From Acidobacteriota bacterium (lineage in GTDB: Bacteria; Acidobacteriota; Terriglobia; Terriglobales; Acidobacteriaceae), in contig JABDBE010000001.1 of the NCBI GenBank assembly GCA_013288805.1, forward strand, positions 26,182-90,181: DNA of 64,000 bases, given 5' to 3'. The notes beneath the pieces are model-generated. The model did not search any database. It saw only the letters and a program-made list of their open reading frames with translations, and was not told the origin of the DNA. The first letter of the stretch is position 1; every line of letters begins with the position of its first letter. Positions 18,315 to 27,167 of the stretch are shown here, piece after piece. Made by a program: the position numbers and the translations under genes.

Positions 18315-19385
18315 TTATGGCGCCCAGTCGGCGATAAAGATGTTGGTCTCATGCGGCGCTTTCGCATTTCGATTGGAAGCCCACACCAGCTTTTTGCCAT
18401 CGCGGCTGAACATGGGAAAGCCATCGAAGCCGGGGCTGTAGGTAATTTGCTCCAGGTTCGTGCCATTCACGTTGATGGCGTAAAGCTCGAAGTTTCCCAT
18501 GCCGCCGGTCGAACCTAGGTTCGAGGAGAAAATAATCCGCTTGCCATTAGGGAAGTATGACGGAGCAAAGCTGGCAGCGCCTAACTTCGTGACTTGGCGC
18601 TTGTGGCGTCCGCTGGCCGCCATAACCCAAATCTCAAGCGACGTTGGACGAACCAAATTCTGCGCCAACAAGTCCTTGTACTCAGCAATTTCCTTCGCGC
18701 CCACCGGGTGGTATGCCCGATAGACGATATGCTTTGCATCCGGCGAAAAGAATGGGCCACCGTCGTATCCCAGTTCGTGAGTGAGTTGCTTTACGTGCCT
18801 GCCGTCGGGGTCCATGACGTAAATGTCGAGGTCGCCGTTGCGCATGGAAGTGAAGACGATGTGCTTGCCATTCCGAGAAATTGTGGCCTCGGCGTCGTAT
18901 CCGGGCGCATCAGTAAGTTGCATGAGGCCGGAGCCATCGGGATTGGCGGCGAAGATATCAAACCCCGGATACACCGGCCACACGTATCCCTTGGAATAAT
19001 CGGGCCGAGGTGGGCATTGCGCGTCTGCCAGGTAAGTGGACGAATACAGAATGGTTTTGCCGTCAGGATAAAAATATCCGCAAGTAGTTTTTCCCTTGCC
19101 ATTCGAAACCATGCGCACGTCGGAGCCGTCGATGTTCATGGTGAACATCTGATCGCACTGCAGGTTGTCGCGGCTGGATTGGAAGATGAGCTTTTTGCCG
19201 CCGGCTGAGAAGTACGCTTCGGCATTCTGCCCTCCGAAGGTGAGCTGGCGCACGTTGCGCAGATGCTTTTCCTGCGGAGTAGCCAGGTTCGGTTGCGGAG
19301 CGGGCGTCGATGCTGCGTTCGGAGTTTGAGCGGATGCACACGGCAGCAGCGCGCTGAGAGTCAAGGCGAGAAGAAGCGTTTTCAT
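18315..19385 (-). CDS. TolB-like PD40 beta-propeller protein, secreted
   Basis: Repeated PD40 motifs (FSPDAKHIVY, ISRNGKHIVFTS). Signal peptide starts at Met21 of the track ORF. Confidence 0.85.
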   Translation of the reverse strand: MKTLLLALTLSALLPCASAQTPNAASTPAPQPNLATPQEKHLRNVRQLTFGGQNAEAYFSAGGKKLIFQSSRDNLQCDQMFTMNIDGSDVRMVSNGKGKTTCGYFYPDGKTILYSSTYLADAQCPPRPDYSKGYVWPVYPGFDIFAANPDGSGLMQLTDAPGYDAEATISRNGKHIVFTSMRNGDLDIYVMDPDGRHVKQLTHELGYDGGPFFSPDAKHIVYRAYHPVGAKEIAEYKDLLAQNLVRPTSLEIWVMAASGRHKRQVTKLGAASFAPSYFPNGKRIIFSSNLGSTGGMGNFELYAINVNGTNLEQITYSPGFDGFPMFSRDGKKLVWASNRNAKAPHETNIFIADWAP

Positions 19386-19476
19386 GGGACGAACGGCTAG
19401 TTTAGCAGGATGAGCGTATCGCCGAGAAACCTCGCACGATCGCACTCTGCGGTCTCTTTCTGCGCTCTAAGAGTCC

Positions 19477-21342
19477 TCACTTCCGAAAATGTTCCAGAAT
19501 CGCTTCCGCCTGGGCGCGCGTGACTACTGAGGACAAGGCTGCGGCTTCGGCCTGCTTCACCGCCTGCACGCTTCCGAAATGTTCCAGCAATCGCCGCGTC
19601 GTCCTCTCACCCACACCTGGGATTTCCAGCAACTCGGTGGAGCGGTCTCTCATCTGGCGGCGTTTGCGATGGAAGGTCACGGCAAATCGGTGAGCCTCGT
19701 CACGAATGAGTTGAATCAGGTGCAGCACCGGAGAATGGTGATCTAGGACGACCGGTTCGCTTTCCTGTCCGAACACATAAATGATTTCTTCGCGCTTGGC
19801 AATCGCAGCCAGCGGCTGATTAATGATTTCGAGCGATGCAAGCGCCTCGGCGGCGGCGTGCAGTTGGCCGAGTCCGCCGTCGATCAGCACCAGGCTCGGC
19901 ATGAGCTTCTTTTCTTCCTGCAGACGCTTGTAACGGCGCGTCACCACCTCACGCATGGAGGCAAAGTCGTCTACGCCATCGACGCTGCGAATGATGAATT
20001 TGCGATAGTCGGATTTCTTCATGTGGCCGTCTTCCCACACCACCATGGAAGCGACTGTCTCCGCGCCCTGAATGTGCGAAATGTCGAAGCACTCGATCCG
20101 GCGCGGCGCCTCGGGCATACCGAGCGCGTCCTGCAGCGCCTCCTGAATCGCCTTCGTGTTCGGCTTCATTACGCGGAAGCGCTGATCGTATGACTGTTTG
20201 GCATTGTTGCCTGCGAGATCAAGAAGCGAACGTTTCTCACCACGCAGAGGGACGACAATGTGAACCCGTGTGGCGCGGCCGCCTTCGGCCGCAATTTGCT
20301 CAGACAAAACCTCCTCAAGCGTTTCACGATCCTCGAACTCCACCGGGACATAGATGTTCCGTGGAACATACGGCTGTCCGATGTAGAGCTGCTTCAGCAG
20401 GGCCGAGAAGAATTCGCCGGGATGGAATGCGTCCGTAGAAACGTTGCCTGCAATGTTTTCTCTACCGGGGGTCTCGAACTCTGGCAGTTCTTCCCAGAAG
20501 AACTCACGCCGGTCCAGAACGCGCCCGCCGCGCATGTGAAACAGATTCACTGCCAGCATGTCATTTTCGTAGTGGTAGCCAAAGACATCGGCATCGTCGC
20601 CCTCGACAGCGGCAATCCGCTGTTTCTCCTGTAACTGCTCAACCGTCGAAATCAAATCGCGATACTTCGCGGCCCGCTCGTATTCCTCAGCCTCGGCCGC
20701 CTTCGCCATTCGCTCGCGCAACGAATGCGAAAGATCCGTCGGACGGCCTTCGAGAAACAGCTTCACGTCGCGCACCGCTTCCTGATAAGCCTCGGGCGTA
20801 GTCAACCCCTGCACGCAAGGTCCCAGGCAGCGTCCGATGTAGTACTGCAGGCACGGCCGCGGATGAAAATGTCCGAGGTCAACTTTGCACGACGGAATCA
20901 GAAAATGGCGGTGTATCAAATCTACGATGCGATAGGCAAGGCTAGTCGGAAAATAAGGACCGTAGTACGAGCTGCCGTCTTTTCTGAGGCGACGTGTAAC
21001 GTAAACCCGCGGGAACCGCTCGCCCAGCGTGAGCTTCACGTAAGGATAAGTCTTGTCATCGCGCAGCAGAATATTAAAGCGCGGCTGCTTCTGCTTGATC
21101 AGATGATTCTCAAGCGCCAAGGCCTCCTTGTTGTTAGCGACAACGATGTAGTCAACGTCAACTGCCTCGCGTACCAGCGTGTCGGTTTTCGCATCCTCAA
21201 GACGGCCTTCGCGAAAATAAGAGCTGACCCGGCTGCGCAGGTTATTCGCCTTGCCCACATAAATGACGTCGCCCTCGGCGTTCTTGTACAGATACACGCC
21301 GGCTGAGGCAGGCAAGGTACGGATTTTGGCAGCGAGATCCAT
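19477..21342 (-). CDS. uvrC: excinuclease ABC subunit C
   Basis: 621 aa. GIY-YIG N-terminus (GVYLYKNAEGDVIYVGKA), UVR domain, C-terminal HhH. Confidence 0.95.
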   Translation of the reverse strand: MDLAAKIRTLPASAGVYLYKNAEGDVIYVGKANNLRSRVSSYFREGRLEDAKTDTLVREAVDVDYIVVANNKEALALENHLIKQKQPRFNILLRDDKTYPYVKLTLGERFPRVYVTRRLRKDGSSYYGPYFPTSLAYRIVDLIHRHFLIPSCKVDLGHFHPRPCLQYYIGRCLGPCVQGLTTPEAYQEAVRDVKLFLEGRPTDLSHSLRERMAKAAEAEEYERAAKYRDLISTVEQLQEKQRIAAVEGDDADVFGYHYENDMLAVNLFHMRGGRVLDRREFFWEELPEFETPGRENIAGNVSTDAFHPGEFFSALLKQLYIGQPYVPRNIYVPVEFEDRETLEEVLSEQIAAEGGRATRVHIVVPLRGEKRSLLDLAGNNAKQSYDQRFRVMKPNTKAIQEALQDALGMPEAPRRIECFDISHIQGAETVASMVVWEDGHMKKSDYRKFIIRSVDGVDDFASMREVVTRRYKRLQEEKKLMPSLVLIDGGLGQLHAAAEALASLEIINQPLAAIAKREEIIYVFGQESEPVVLDHHSPVLHLIQLIRDEAHRFAVTFHRKRRQMRDRSTELLEIPGVGERTTRRLLEHFGSVQAVKQAEAAALSSVVTRAQAEAILEHFRK

Positions 21343-21963
21343 GGGTTGTTGTGTACTTCTATTTTATTAGAGTTTGCCGGTGCGGTCCGGTTCCGATGGA
21401 TTAGACTAAGAAACGGCGGCCGATGATTTATGCACGCACAATTCGTTTTGCAAGGAAGCTTCTTGCTTCGCTGCGAGCGCAGACGAATCGTCGTGTAATT
21501 CGACTGGTCGGCAAGATCAATGGTCCCCCGGACTTGTCTTCGCGGAAAGGCTTCTCGCGCCGATGAGATCGGCGTCAATTACCGTATACCGGAATCACTG
21601 TAGACGAGAGCGAATTTGCTTGTCCCGGACCACGATGAAAGCGCAACCTTCGGCCATTACCGTATAAAATTTCCTTAGTTTTCAGCGCCTTTGTTTCCTC
21701 ATTTGCCTCTCGCGTCGTGATCTCAAACCTGTAAACTGCTCCACAGCAACTACTTACGACACAGTCCCTCCCTGTCCCAAGTTGGCACCGCTCGTGCTCA
21801 AGTACAATGCGGATGCACGGCAGATTATCTCAGGAATCTGACGCCGGTTGCGTCCGGATGAACATCAGATTCGAACCCCGGGATTAACAAAGCAGCATCA
21901 AAACAAGCTCAGGATAAGATTTGGAGTCCCGGTCGTAAGAGAGAAAAAGGAGCGTCTCCCAAT

Positions 21964-22695
21964 ATGAATCGCACTTCGTTAACCGTTCTACTGGCAGTGA
22001 GCATGGCGGCCTCGGTTGGATGCGCCAGCAAAAATTATGTCCGTCAAGAGACCACGCCGCTGATCAACAAGACCAACGAACTGGACGACCTGACCGCAAA
22101 GAATTCGAAGGACATCAAAGACGTAGACACCCGCGCCCAAGTCGGAATCCAGCAGGTGCAAACCAGCGCCGCCGCAGCCGACCAGAAGGCTCAGGCAGCC
22201 GGTCAGCAGGCCGACCAGGCTCAGACATCGGCGAATAACGCCGTTCATCGCGTGGACTCGTTGCAGAACGCAGTCGCCAACCTCGACAATTACAAGGTTG
22301 TGACCGAGACCGCCGTGCACTTTGGCTTCAATAAAGACAACTTGACCAAGGATGCCAAGGCCTCGCTCGATCAACTAGCCAACGATGTCTCTAACACCAA
22401 GGGTTACATCCTGACCGTGGAAGGCGCGACCGATTCCGTGGGCGACTCCGAATACAACTACGGGCTCAGCCAGCGCCGCGCTGATGCTGTGATTCAGTAT
22501 CTGGCTTCGGAGCGCAATATCCCCGCATACAAGATTTATGTGATCGGCTTGGGCAAGGACAAGCCCGTCGATTCCAACAAGACTGCAGCCGGACGCGCCA
22601 AGAACCGCCGTGTGGATGTGCGCTTGATGACGAACACGGGCGCAGGCACAAGCCCAACGTCGGCGACGAATCAGCCGTCCGGGCCGTCGATGTAA
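21964..22695 (+). CDS. OmpA-family lipoprotein with N-terminal coiled coil
   Basis: Lipobox (SVGCAS). OmpA_C peptidoglycan-binding motif (NYGLSQRRADAV...NRRVDV). Confidence 0.9.
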   Translation: MNRTSLTVLLAVSMAASVGCASKNYVRQETTPLINKTNELDDLTAKNSKDIKDVDTRAQVGIQQVQTSAAAADQKAQAAGQQADQAQTSANNAVHRVDSLQNAVANLDNYKVVTETAVHFGFNKDNLTKDAKASLDQLANDVSNTKGYILTVEGATDSVGDSEYNYGLSQRRADAVIQYLASERNIPAYKIYVIGLGKDKPVDSNKTAAGRAKNRRVDVRLMTNTGAGTSPTSATNQPSGPSM

Positions 22696-22733
22696 ACAAG
22701 TTTCACCCTCCTCCCCGGAGGACTTCGCCAACC

Positions 22734-22769
22734 CAGGCCGTTCCATCCCCCGGAACGGCCTGCTTTTTT
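22734..22769 (+). terminator. rho-independent terminator of the ompA-like gene
   Basis: CAGGCCGTTCC-loop-GGAACGGCCTG (11-bp stem) followed by C+TTTTTT. Confidence 0.8.
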
Positions 22770-22830
22770 GTCTTTGCACGAATGCTCGCTCCAGCAACTT
22801 TTTCCGCCTGCGAAGCGTTAAAATCTATGT

Positions 22831-23415
22831 ATGCGTAGGTTTGTCCTTATTACCATCGTCTCCTTTTGTCTAGGAGGGTGGGCCGTTGCCCAATCGCAGT
22901 CGGATCAAGATCAGGAGCAGCCGGGGCAGAATCAGGCTCCTCCGCGTTCACCAGCACCAACTGGTGCTGGCGAGAGTTCCAGCCGCGATACTCGCGATGA
23001 CATAAGCCCGCCGAAAGACGACGCCAAGAATCATCCCGACAGCGGCGTGGCTGACACCAACCCCGAAGACGAGCCCGCGGGCGACGTGCAGGAGATGCAT
23101 CCGTGGAATCCCTACCGCGCCATGAAGGACGATGAGGTCGGTGACTATTACTTCAAACTCAAAAACTACAAAGCCGCGCTGGCGCGTTATCAGGATGCGC
23201 TAATTTGGAAAGAAAAAGATGCAGTGGCCAATTTCCGCATGGCGCAATGCTACGAAAAGCTGGATCAGCCGGACCAGGCAATCCCGCATTACGAGGAGTA
23301 CCTGAAGATTCTGCCCGAAGGCCCGTATGCCAAGGAAGCGCGCAAGGCGCTGCAGAAACTAAAGCGGTCCGAAGCGAAGAATGAAACCTCGGCGAAGACC
23401 GAATCGAAACCGTAA
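22831..23415 (+). CDS. secreted TPR-repeat protein
   Basis: Signal peptide, acidic low-complexity linker, then about 3 TPR units (YYFKLKNYKAALARYQDAL...). Confidence 0.8.
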   Translation: MRRFVLITIVSFCLGGWAVAQSQSDQDQEQPGQNQAPPRSPAPTGAGESSSRDTRDDISPPKDDAKNHPDSGVADTNPEDEPAGDVQEMHPWNPYRAMKDDEVGDYYFKLKNYKAALARYQDALIWKEKDAVANFRMAQCYEKLDQPDQAIPHYEEYLKILPEGPYAKEARKALQKLKRSEAKNETSAKTESKP

Positions 23416-23417
23416 AC

Positions 23418-24044
23418 TTACTTTTCTACGCGGATGAACTCTCCCGTGGTGCCGTTCACGTCCACGATGAGTTTGGCATCGTCACGGCTGCTTCCGTAGA
23501 TCACGTGCCAGATGAGCGTGTTGGTGGTGCGGTTCCAGTCGAGCACGTAAAGGATGGGAGTGTCCGGAGTCTTCTCGATCAACTTGTCGCCACCGTGTTG
23601 CTGGGCGATCTCGAAGGCTTTGTCCGAGTCGATCTTCAGAAAGCCAATGTCGAAAATCTGGGTGGACGCGTTGCTGGGACTGTAGCTGTCCTCGTTGCCG
23701 GGAGAGATTCCGCGCGAGGGAGCATCCTGCGCATCCGTGCCCGACCACACGTAGGGTTTCACGCCGTGTCCCGCCGGGGACGCGAACGAGGCGCGCCAGA
23801 CCGCCGACTTGCCGTCTTTCCCCCTGGAGTCCGCCGTGGGTTGTGACTCCAGCCGGAAGGGCTGAGCATCCCGCGCCCAGCCGCGAGCCGCGATGTAAAG
23901 CTTCTGAAAGGCATAACGGCCGGTTTCGAGGTCGGCAGCTTTGGGTTGCGGTTTCTCGGTCTGGGCGGGCGTTGCGGGTTGCGACGAGCATCCTGCCAGA
24001 GTTAAGAACGCCAGCGCCAGCATCGCCATCAGCAACTTGTTCAT
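23418..24044 (-). CDS. hypothetical lipoprotein
   Basis: MNKLLMAMLALAFLTLAGCSS lipobox at Met26 of the track ORF. Converges on the TPR gene with a 2-nt gap. Confidence 0.65.
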   Translation of the reverse strand: MNKLLMAMLALAFLTLAGCSSQPATPAQTEKPQPKAADLETGRYAFQKLYIAARGWARDAQPFRLESQPTADSRGKDGKSAVWRASFASPAGHGVKPYVWSGTDAQDAPSRGISPGNEDSYSPSNASTQIFDIGFLKIDSDKAFEIAQQHGGDKLIEKTPDTPILYVLDWNRTTNTLIWHVIYGSSRDDAKLIVDVNGTTGEFIRVEK

Positions 24045-24121
24045 AGCACCATCCATGGGGAGAAATTTTGCAACCGTCGACGCCGCCATCGATTCTACTA
24101 GAAGAGCGAAGAGGTTCATCG

Positions 24122-24625
24122 ATGGATGCGTACCTACAAAGGTTACAGGAGGGTATCGAGTCTGCGACGCAGGGCATGACTGCGGAGGACCTCATGCGTC
24201 ATCCGGAAGGAAAGTGGTGCGCGGCTGAAATTCTGGAACACCTCTACCTGACCTACACTGGGACCACGAAGGCCTTCGAGCGTTGCCTGCAAGCAGGTCA
24301 ACCGCAGGTGCGGGCACGGGTATTTCGAGATCGCATGAGGACCATCGTGGTCGTTGGATTGGGACACATGCCCAAGGGCCGACAATCGCCGAAACATGCC
24401 CTACCCCGCGGGATGACACCGGAGCAAGTCACTCGCGAAATCGGGCCGCGGATCTCCGCCATGGACGAAGCGATTGCGCAATGCGAATCCCGCTTTGGCA
24501 AGCAAAACCGATTGCTCGATCATCCCATTCTCGGACCGTTGACCGGACGCCAGTGGCGAAAATTTCATTGGGTGCACGGCAGCCACCACCTCAAACAGAT
24601 TCAAAGCCTCCGCCGACAAAGCTAG
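24122..24625 (+). CDS. DinB-superfamily protein (DUF1569-like)
   Basis: The ...HPILGPLTGRQWRKFHWVHGSHHLKQI C-terminus is typical of DUF1569. Start at Met19 of the track ORF. Confidence 0.8.
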   Translation: MDAYLQRLQEGIESATQGMTAEDLMRHPEGKWCAAEILEHLYLTYTGTTKAFERCLQAGQPQVRARVFRDRMRTIVVVGLGHMPKGRQSPKHALPRGMTPEQVTREIGPRISAMDEAIAQCESRFGKQNRLLDHPILGPLTGRQWRKFHWVHGSHHLKQIQSLRRQS

Positions 24626-24685
24626 CGAATCATGGAGGGCGGGGCTGGCGTTGTCGTTTGATGGCGGCTGTGAACCTCGGCCGGC

Positions 24686-25100
24686 TGCACATATTCTTGT
24701 GCAAGAAATACCTCAAAAAAAACTCTCGTTTCCGCGCAAAATCTAGAAAACAAACGACCGAGAATTTTTCTGCCTCCTAGATCTATGGTTCTAAAGGTAG
24801 TTAGAGGCAAAATCTTGGAAACATTGGAGTTACCGCGGCTCCCAGGTGGGCCTTCGCCCACGCGGATTTGCCGGGCTCCAGCACTTGGGACATCCGGAAA
24901 GCTGAGGCGATTGATCAGTTGTCAAAGATCAGATTATCTTGCAGATAACATCTGCGTTCCCATGTTATCGGATGTGGCAGGCTGAGTTCAAGGACAAAGT
25001 AGAGGGATTGCGGATTTGGCTCCCAATTTGGGAGTCTCGGCAAGAAACCGCCGCCAACGTGGCTTGGGCGGGCCACCCTCCGGGAACAATATGGAAGCGG
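24686..25100 (+). repeat. noncoding repeat element, copy A (148-bp core 24686-24833 plus conserved blocks to about 25100)
   Basis: The reverse complement of 62395-62932 aligns block-wise. The core is about 89% identical, and its last 70 nt differ at only 2 positions. Confidence 0.75.
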
Positions 25101-25162
25101 CCGTCCAGGCCACCCTCCGAGGCCGAGAATTCTGATCACAATCGCAAAAAATGCTTTCAAAG

Positions 25163-25197
25163 GTCAACGAGTGCTATGGCGATTTTTCGCCAACAAC
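25163..25197 (+). repeat. short direct repeat GTCAACGAG-N-GCTATGGCGATTTT..GC(C)AACAAC, copy 1
   Basis: Matches 26229-26260 at about 28 of 32 positions. Lies 97 nt upstream of the PDZ gene. Confidence 0.5.
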
Positions 25198-25293
25198 CTC
25201 TTGACCTTCGCTCCACGCTTTCGTTGACTGCCCCGTCTCACAGACGTAAGATTTTGCGTGAAGTGAGCTTAAGGACTTCAATCGACCCTGGCA

Positions 25294-26154
25294 ATGTCGA
25301 AACTGATCTTTCTTGCGCTTCTCTGCTGTCTGCCGAGTGCATTCGTGTCGGCACAAGCCTCCAGTACCGACGAGCACGTCACGGGAATGACTGCCGTGGG
25401 TACAGTCGGTGCGGGACCATCTTGCCCATTAATAGTTTGGTTTGTGGAGCCGGATACTCCGGCTGCTCAGGCTGGAATCCAGCCTGGGGATCTGCTGCTC
25501 GCCGTTGATGGTCATCGCGGAATTGATGCTGTTCAAGCCCATCCGTTTCTTCATTCGAAAGATTCGAAGCCCGTCACACTCGAACTTGAGGGTGAACATG
25601 GCACTTATACAGTGACGGTGGGGCGCGTGAAGGAATCGATTCTGCTGAAGAGAGATGGATGGAAGGTTGGCCCGGACGGCAGCGTGTATGCCGAGGACGC
25701 CACCGACGCTGAGATGAAACGAGTGGCAGCAATCAAGGAGCCCCCTGCCAGCGATCGCATCTTCGACCACCACTACCCAAAGAATACGGAACTCTATTAT
25801 CCGGGATTCGAGGCGCTGGTCTTGCAGGATCGTCACGAGATCGTGGTCTGGGCAATGGAAGATGGTGGACCCGCCCGAAAAGCCGGCATGCACTATGGAG
25901 ATGTGATTGTATCCGTGGACGGCGTCAGTCCGCAGCGCAAATCCGTGGCTGACCTGGAGGCGCTCCTCAGTAGCAGCGGGCCGAAAGCGATGACGGTGGT
26001 TATCAACCGCGACGACGTCACCAAAACCTTCAAGTTTGATCTGATCAAAGCAGCAGACTTGATGCGCCAAAACAAAAAGCGGTTCTATGAAGGCAAGATT
26101 ATTCCATCCGTCGTCCCCGACGCGTACTTACACTGTTTTGAATCGAAGCATTAG
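25294..26154 (+). CDS. secreted protein with two PDZ domains
   Basis: Signal peptide. Two PDZ cores (AAQAGIQPGDLLLAVDG and ARKAGMHYGDVIVSVDG). Confidence 0.85.
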   Translation: MSKLIFLALLCCLPSAFVSAQASSTDEHVTGMTAVGTVGAGPSCPLIVWFVEPDTPAAQAGIQPGDLLLAVDGHRGIDAVQAHPFLHSKDSKPVTLELEGEHGTYTVTVGRVKESILLKRDGWKVGPDGSVYAEDATDAEMKRVAAIKEPPASDRIFDHHYPKNTELYYPGFEALVLQDRHEIVVWAMEDGGPARKAGMHYGDVIVSVDGVSPQRKSVADLEALLSSSGPKAMTVVINRDDVTKTFKFDLIKAADLMRQNKKRFYEGKIIPSVVPDAYLHCFESKH

Positions 26155-26228
26155 ACGTTAAGGCGGTTCGTGTTCCACCAATCACCGTGTCACTGCTGTA
26201 ACCAAGCCTTTACACGTTTTGGCCGCTC

Positions 26229-26260
26229 GTCAACGAGGGCTATGGCGATTTTGCAACAAC
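26229..26260 (+). repeat. short direct repeat, copy 2 (see 25163-25197)
   Basis: Lies 75 nt downstream of the PDZ stop. Confidence 0.5.
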
Positions 26261-26343
26261 TATCGGCCAACGAGCTCTCCGCTTCTTACTCCCGCGCTTT
26301 GATAGATCCGCTCCAGTTGGAACAATGGAGTGGCTGGAAAATG

Positions 26344-26370
26344 AAAAAGGACGGGCGGATTGGCCCGTCC
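26344..26370 (-). terminator. rho-independent terminator of the His/Asp-rich gene
   Basis: On the minus strand, GGACGGGC-CAATCC-GCCCGTCC followed by TTTTT, 19 nt after the stop. Confidence 0.8.
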
Positions 26371-26388
26371 TATGGTCATCGGAGCGTC

Positions 26389-26871
26389 TTACAGTTGGAG
26401 GTGGAAAACATCCACTACCTGGAAATTCACCCGGTTTACCAGGACGACGTGTCCGCCAATGAACACGTGCGCACAGTCCGGTGGTGGCGGGGGCAACTGC
26501 CGTTCGAGGTCTGGCGGGCAGGGATACATTTTCCCTCGCAGTTCGACGGGAAGGATTCCGCGCACTACAATCCGTCTTTCCATATCGGGCGGCAAGCGGT
26601 CCCGATCCCTCAAGCCGGGCGGCAGGTGATCGTGATGCGCCGCGTACCAGCCGTGCATCGTGTCATGATCGTGGTCGGCGTAGAAACGATCTTTGTCATG
26701 GTCACGATCTTTGTCATGGTCCCGAGCTTCGTCGTGGTCACGAGCTTCGCGGGATTCCTCCCGGTCATGCCCGCGATCATGGTCACGTCCTTCGTCCTGG
26801 GCCAAAGCGAAATTGCAGCCAAACGCGAATATGGCCGCGACGAATACAGCTAAGCAAGTCTTTAGTCGCAT
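26389..26871 (-). CDS. secreted His/Asp-rich repeat protein with RcnB/CigR-like C-terminal region
   Basis: Signal peptide from Met6 of the track ORF (GGGGAGGG upstream). RDHD(K/E)(D/A) repeats. The C-terminal LPP...LPPPPPDCAHVFIGGHVVLV pattern resembles RcnB/CigR; that family call is from memory. Confidence 0.8.
   Translation of the reverse strand: MRLKTCLAVFVAAIFAFGCNFALAQDEGRDHDRGHDREESREARDHDEARDHDKDRDHDKDRFYADHDHDTMHGWYAAHHDHLPPGLRDRDRLPPDMERRIVVRGILPVELRGKMYPCPPDLERQLPPPPPDCAHVFIGGHVVLVNRVNFQVVDVFHLQL
26687..26760 (-). repeat. in-frame 18-nt tandem repeat (4 units) encoding RDHDKD/RDHDEA
   Basis: Units 26689-26706 and 26707-26724 are nearly identical. Two further diverged units follow. 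Confidence 0.7.
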
Positions 26872-27167
26872 AAATCCCTCCCCCAACGTTGTAAGCGCGG
26901 ATAAACCAGCCTAGCTGGGACCCAGAACGCCGGACAGGGTACAAGAGGACGTGTACTATTGTTGACCGGCCATAGCACCTACAACCACTCAATGGGGGAT
27001 ATCGCGATTTTGTGCAGTTGAGACGACTGCTTACTATTTGGCTTCGGATTGCCTCTGGCTCGCAATCGGGGATTTACGTGCAGGTTGAGTTGACGCGCAG
27101 CCGGTGGCCCCAACAGGCGCTGGAAGATTTCAATGCAACCTTGCCACAGCGGGCTACTCTAAACACT

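Noticed and set aside
21868-21882. A T-loop-like GATTCGAACCCCGGG in the long intergenic region (possible tRNA, or tRNA-Sec).
   Set aside because: No matching T-stem, acceptor stem or anticodon arm can be drawn around it.
24785-24985. Peptides MV(L/P)KVVRGKILETLEL(P/R)RL conserved between ORF 24785..24985(+) and ORF 62543..62833(-). The opposite-strand peptides NSNVSKILPLTTF.TIDLGG are likewise conserved.
   Set aside because: Both strands give conserved peptides simply because the DNA core is about 97% identical there. The ATG is preceded by CCTCC rather than an SD, and similarity ends at the core boundary. I treat the region as noncoding until shown otherwise.
24626-25293. Possible IS element or MITE at the repeat loci.
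   Set aside because: There is no transposase ORF, no terminal inverted repeats and no flanking target-site duplication in either copy.
26170-26853. A 227-aa plus-strand ORF.
   Set aside because: It is antisense to the His/Asp-rich gene, which has a signal peptide, an SD and a terminator. The plus ORF has none of these.
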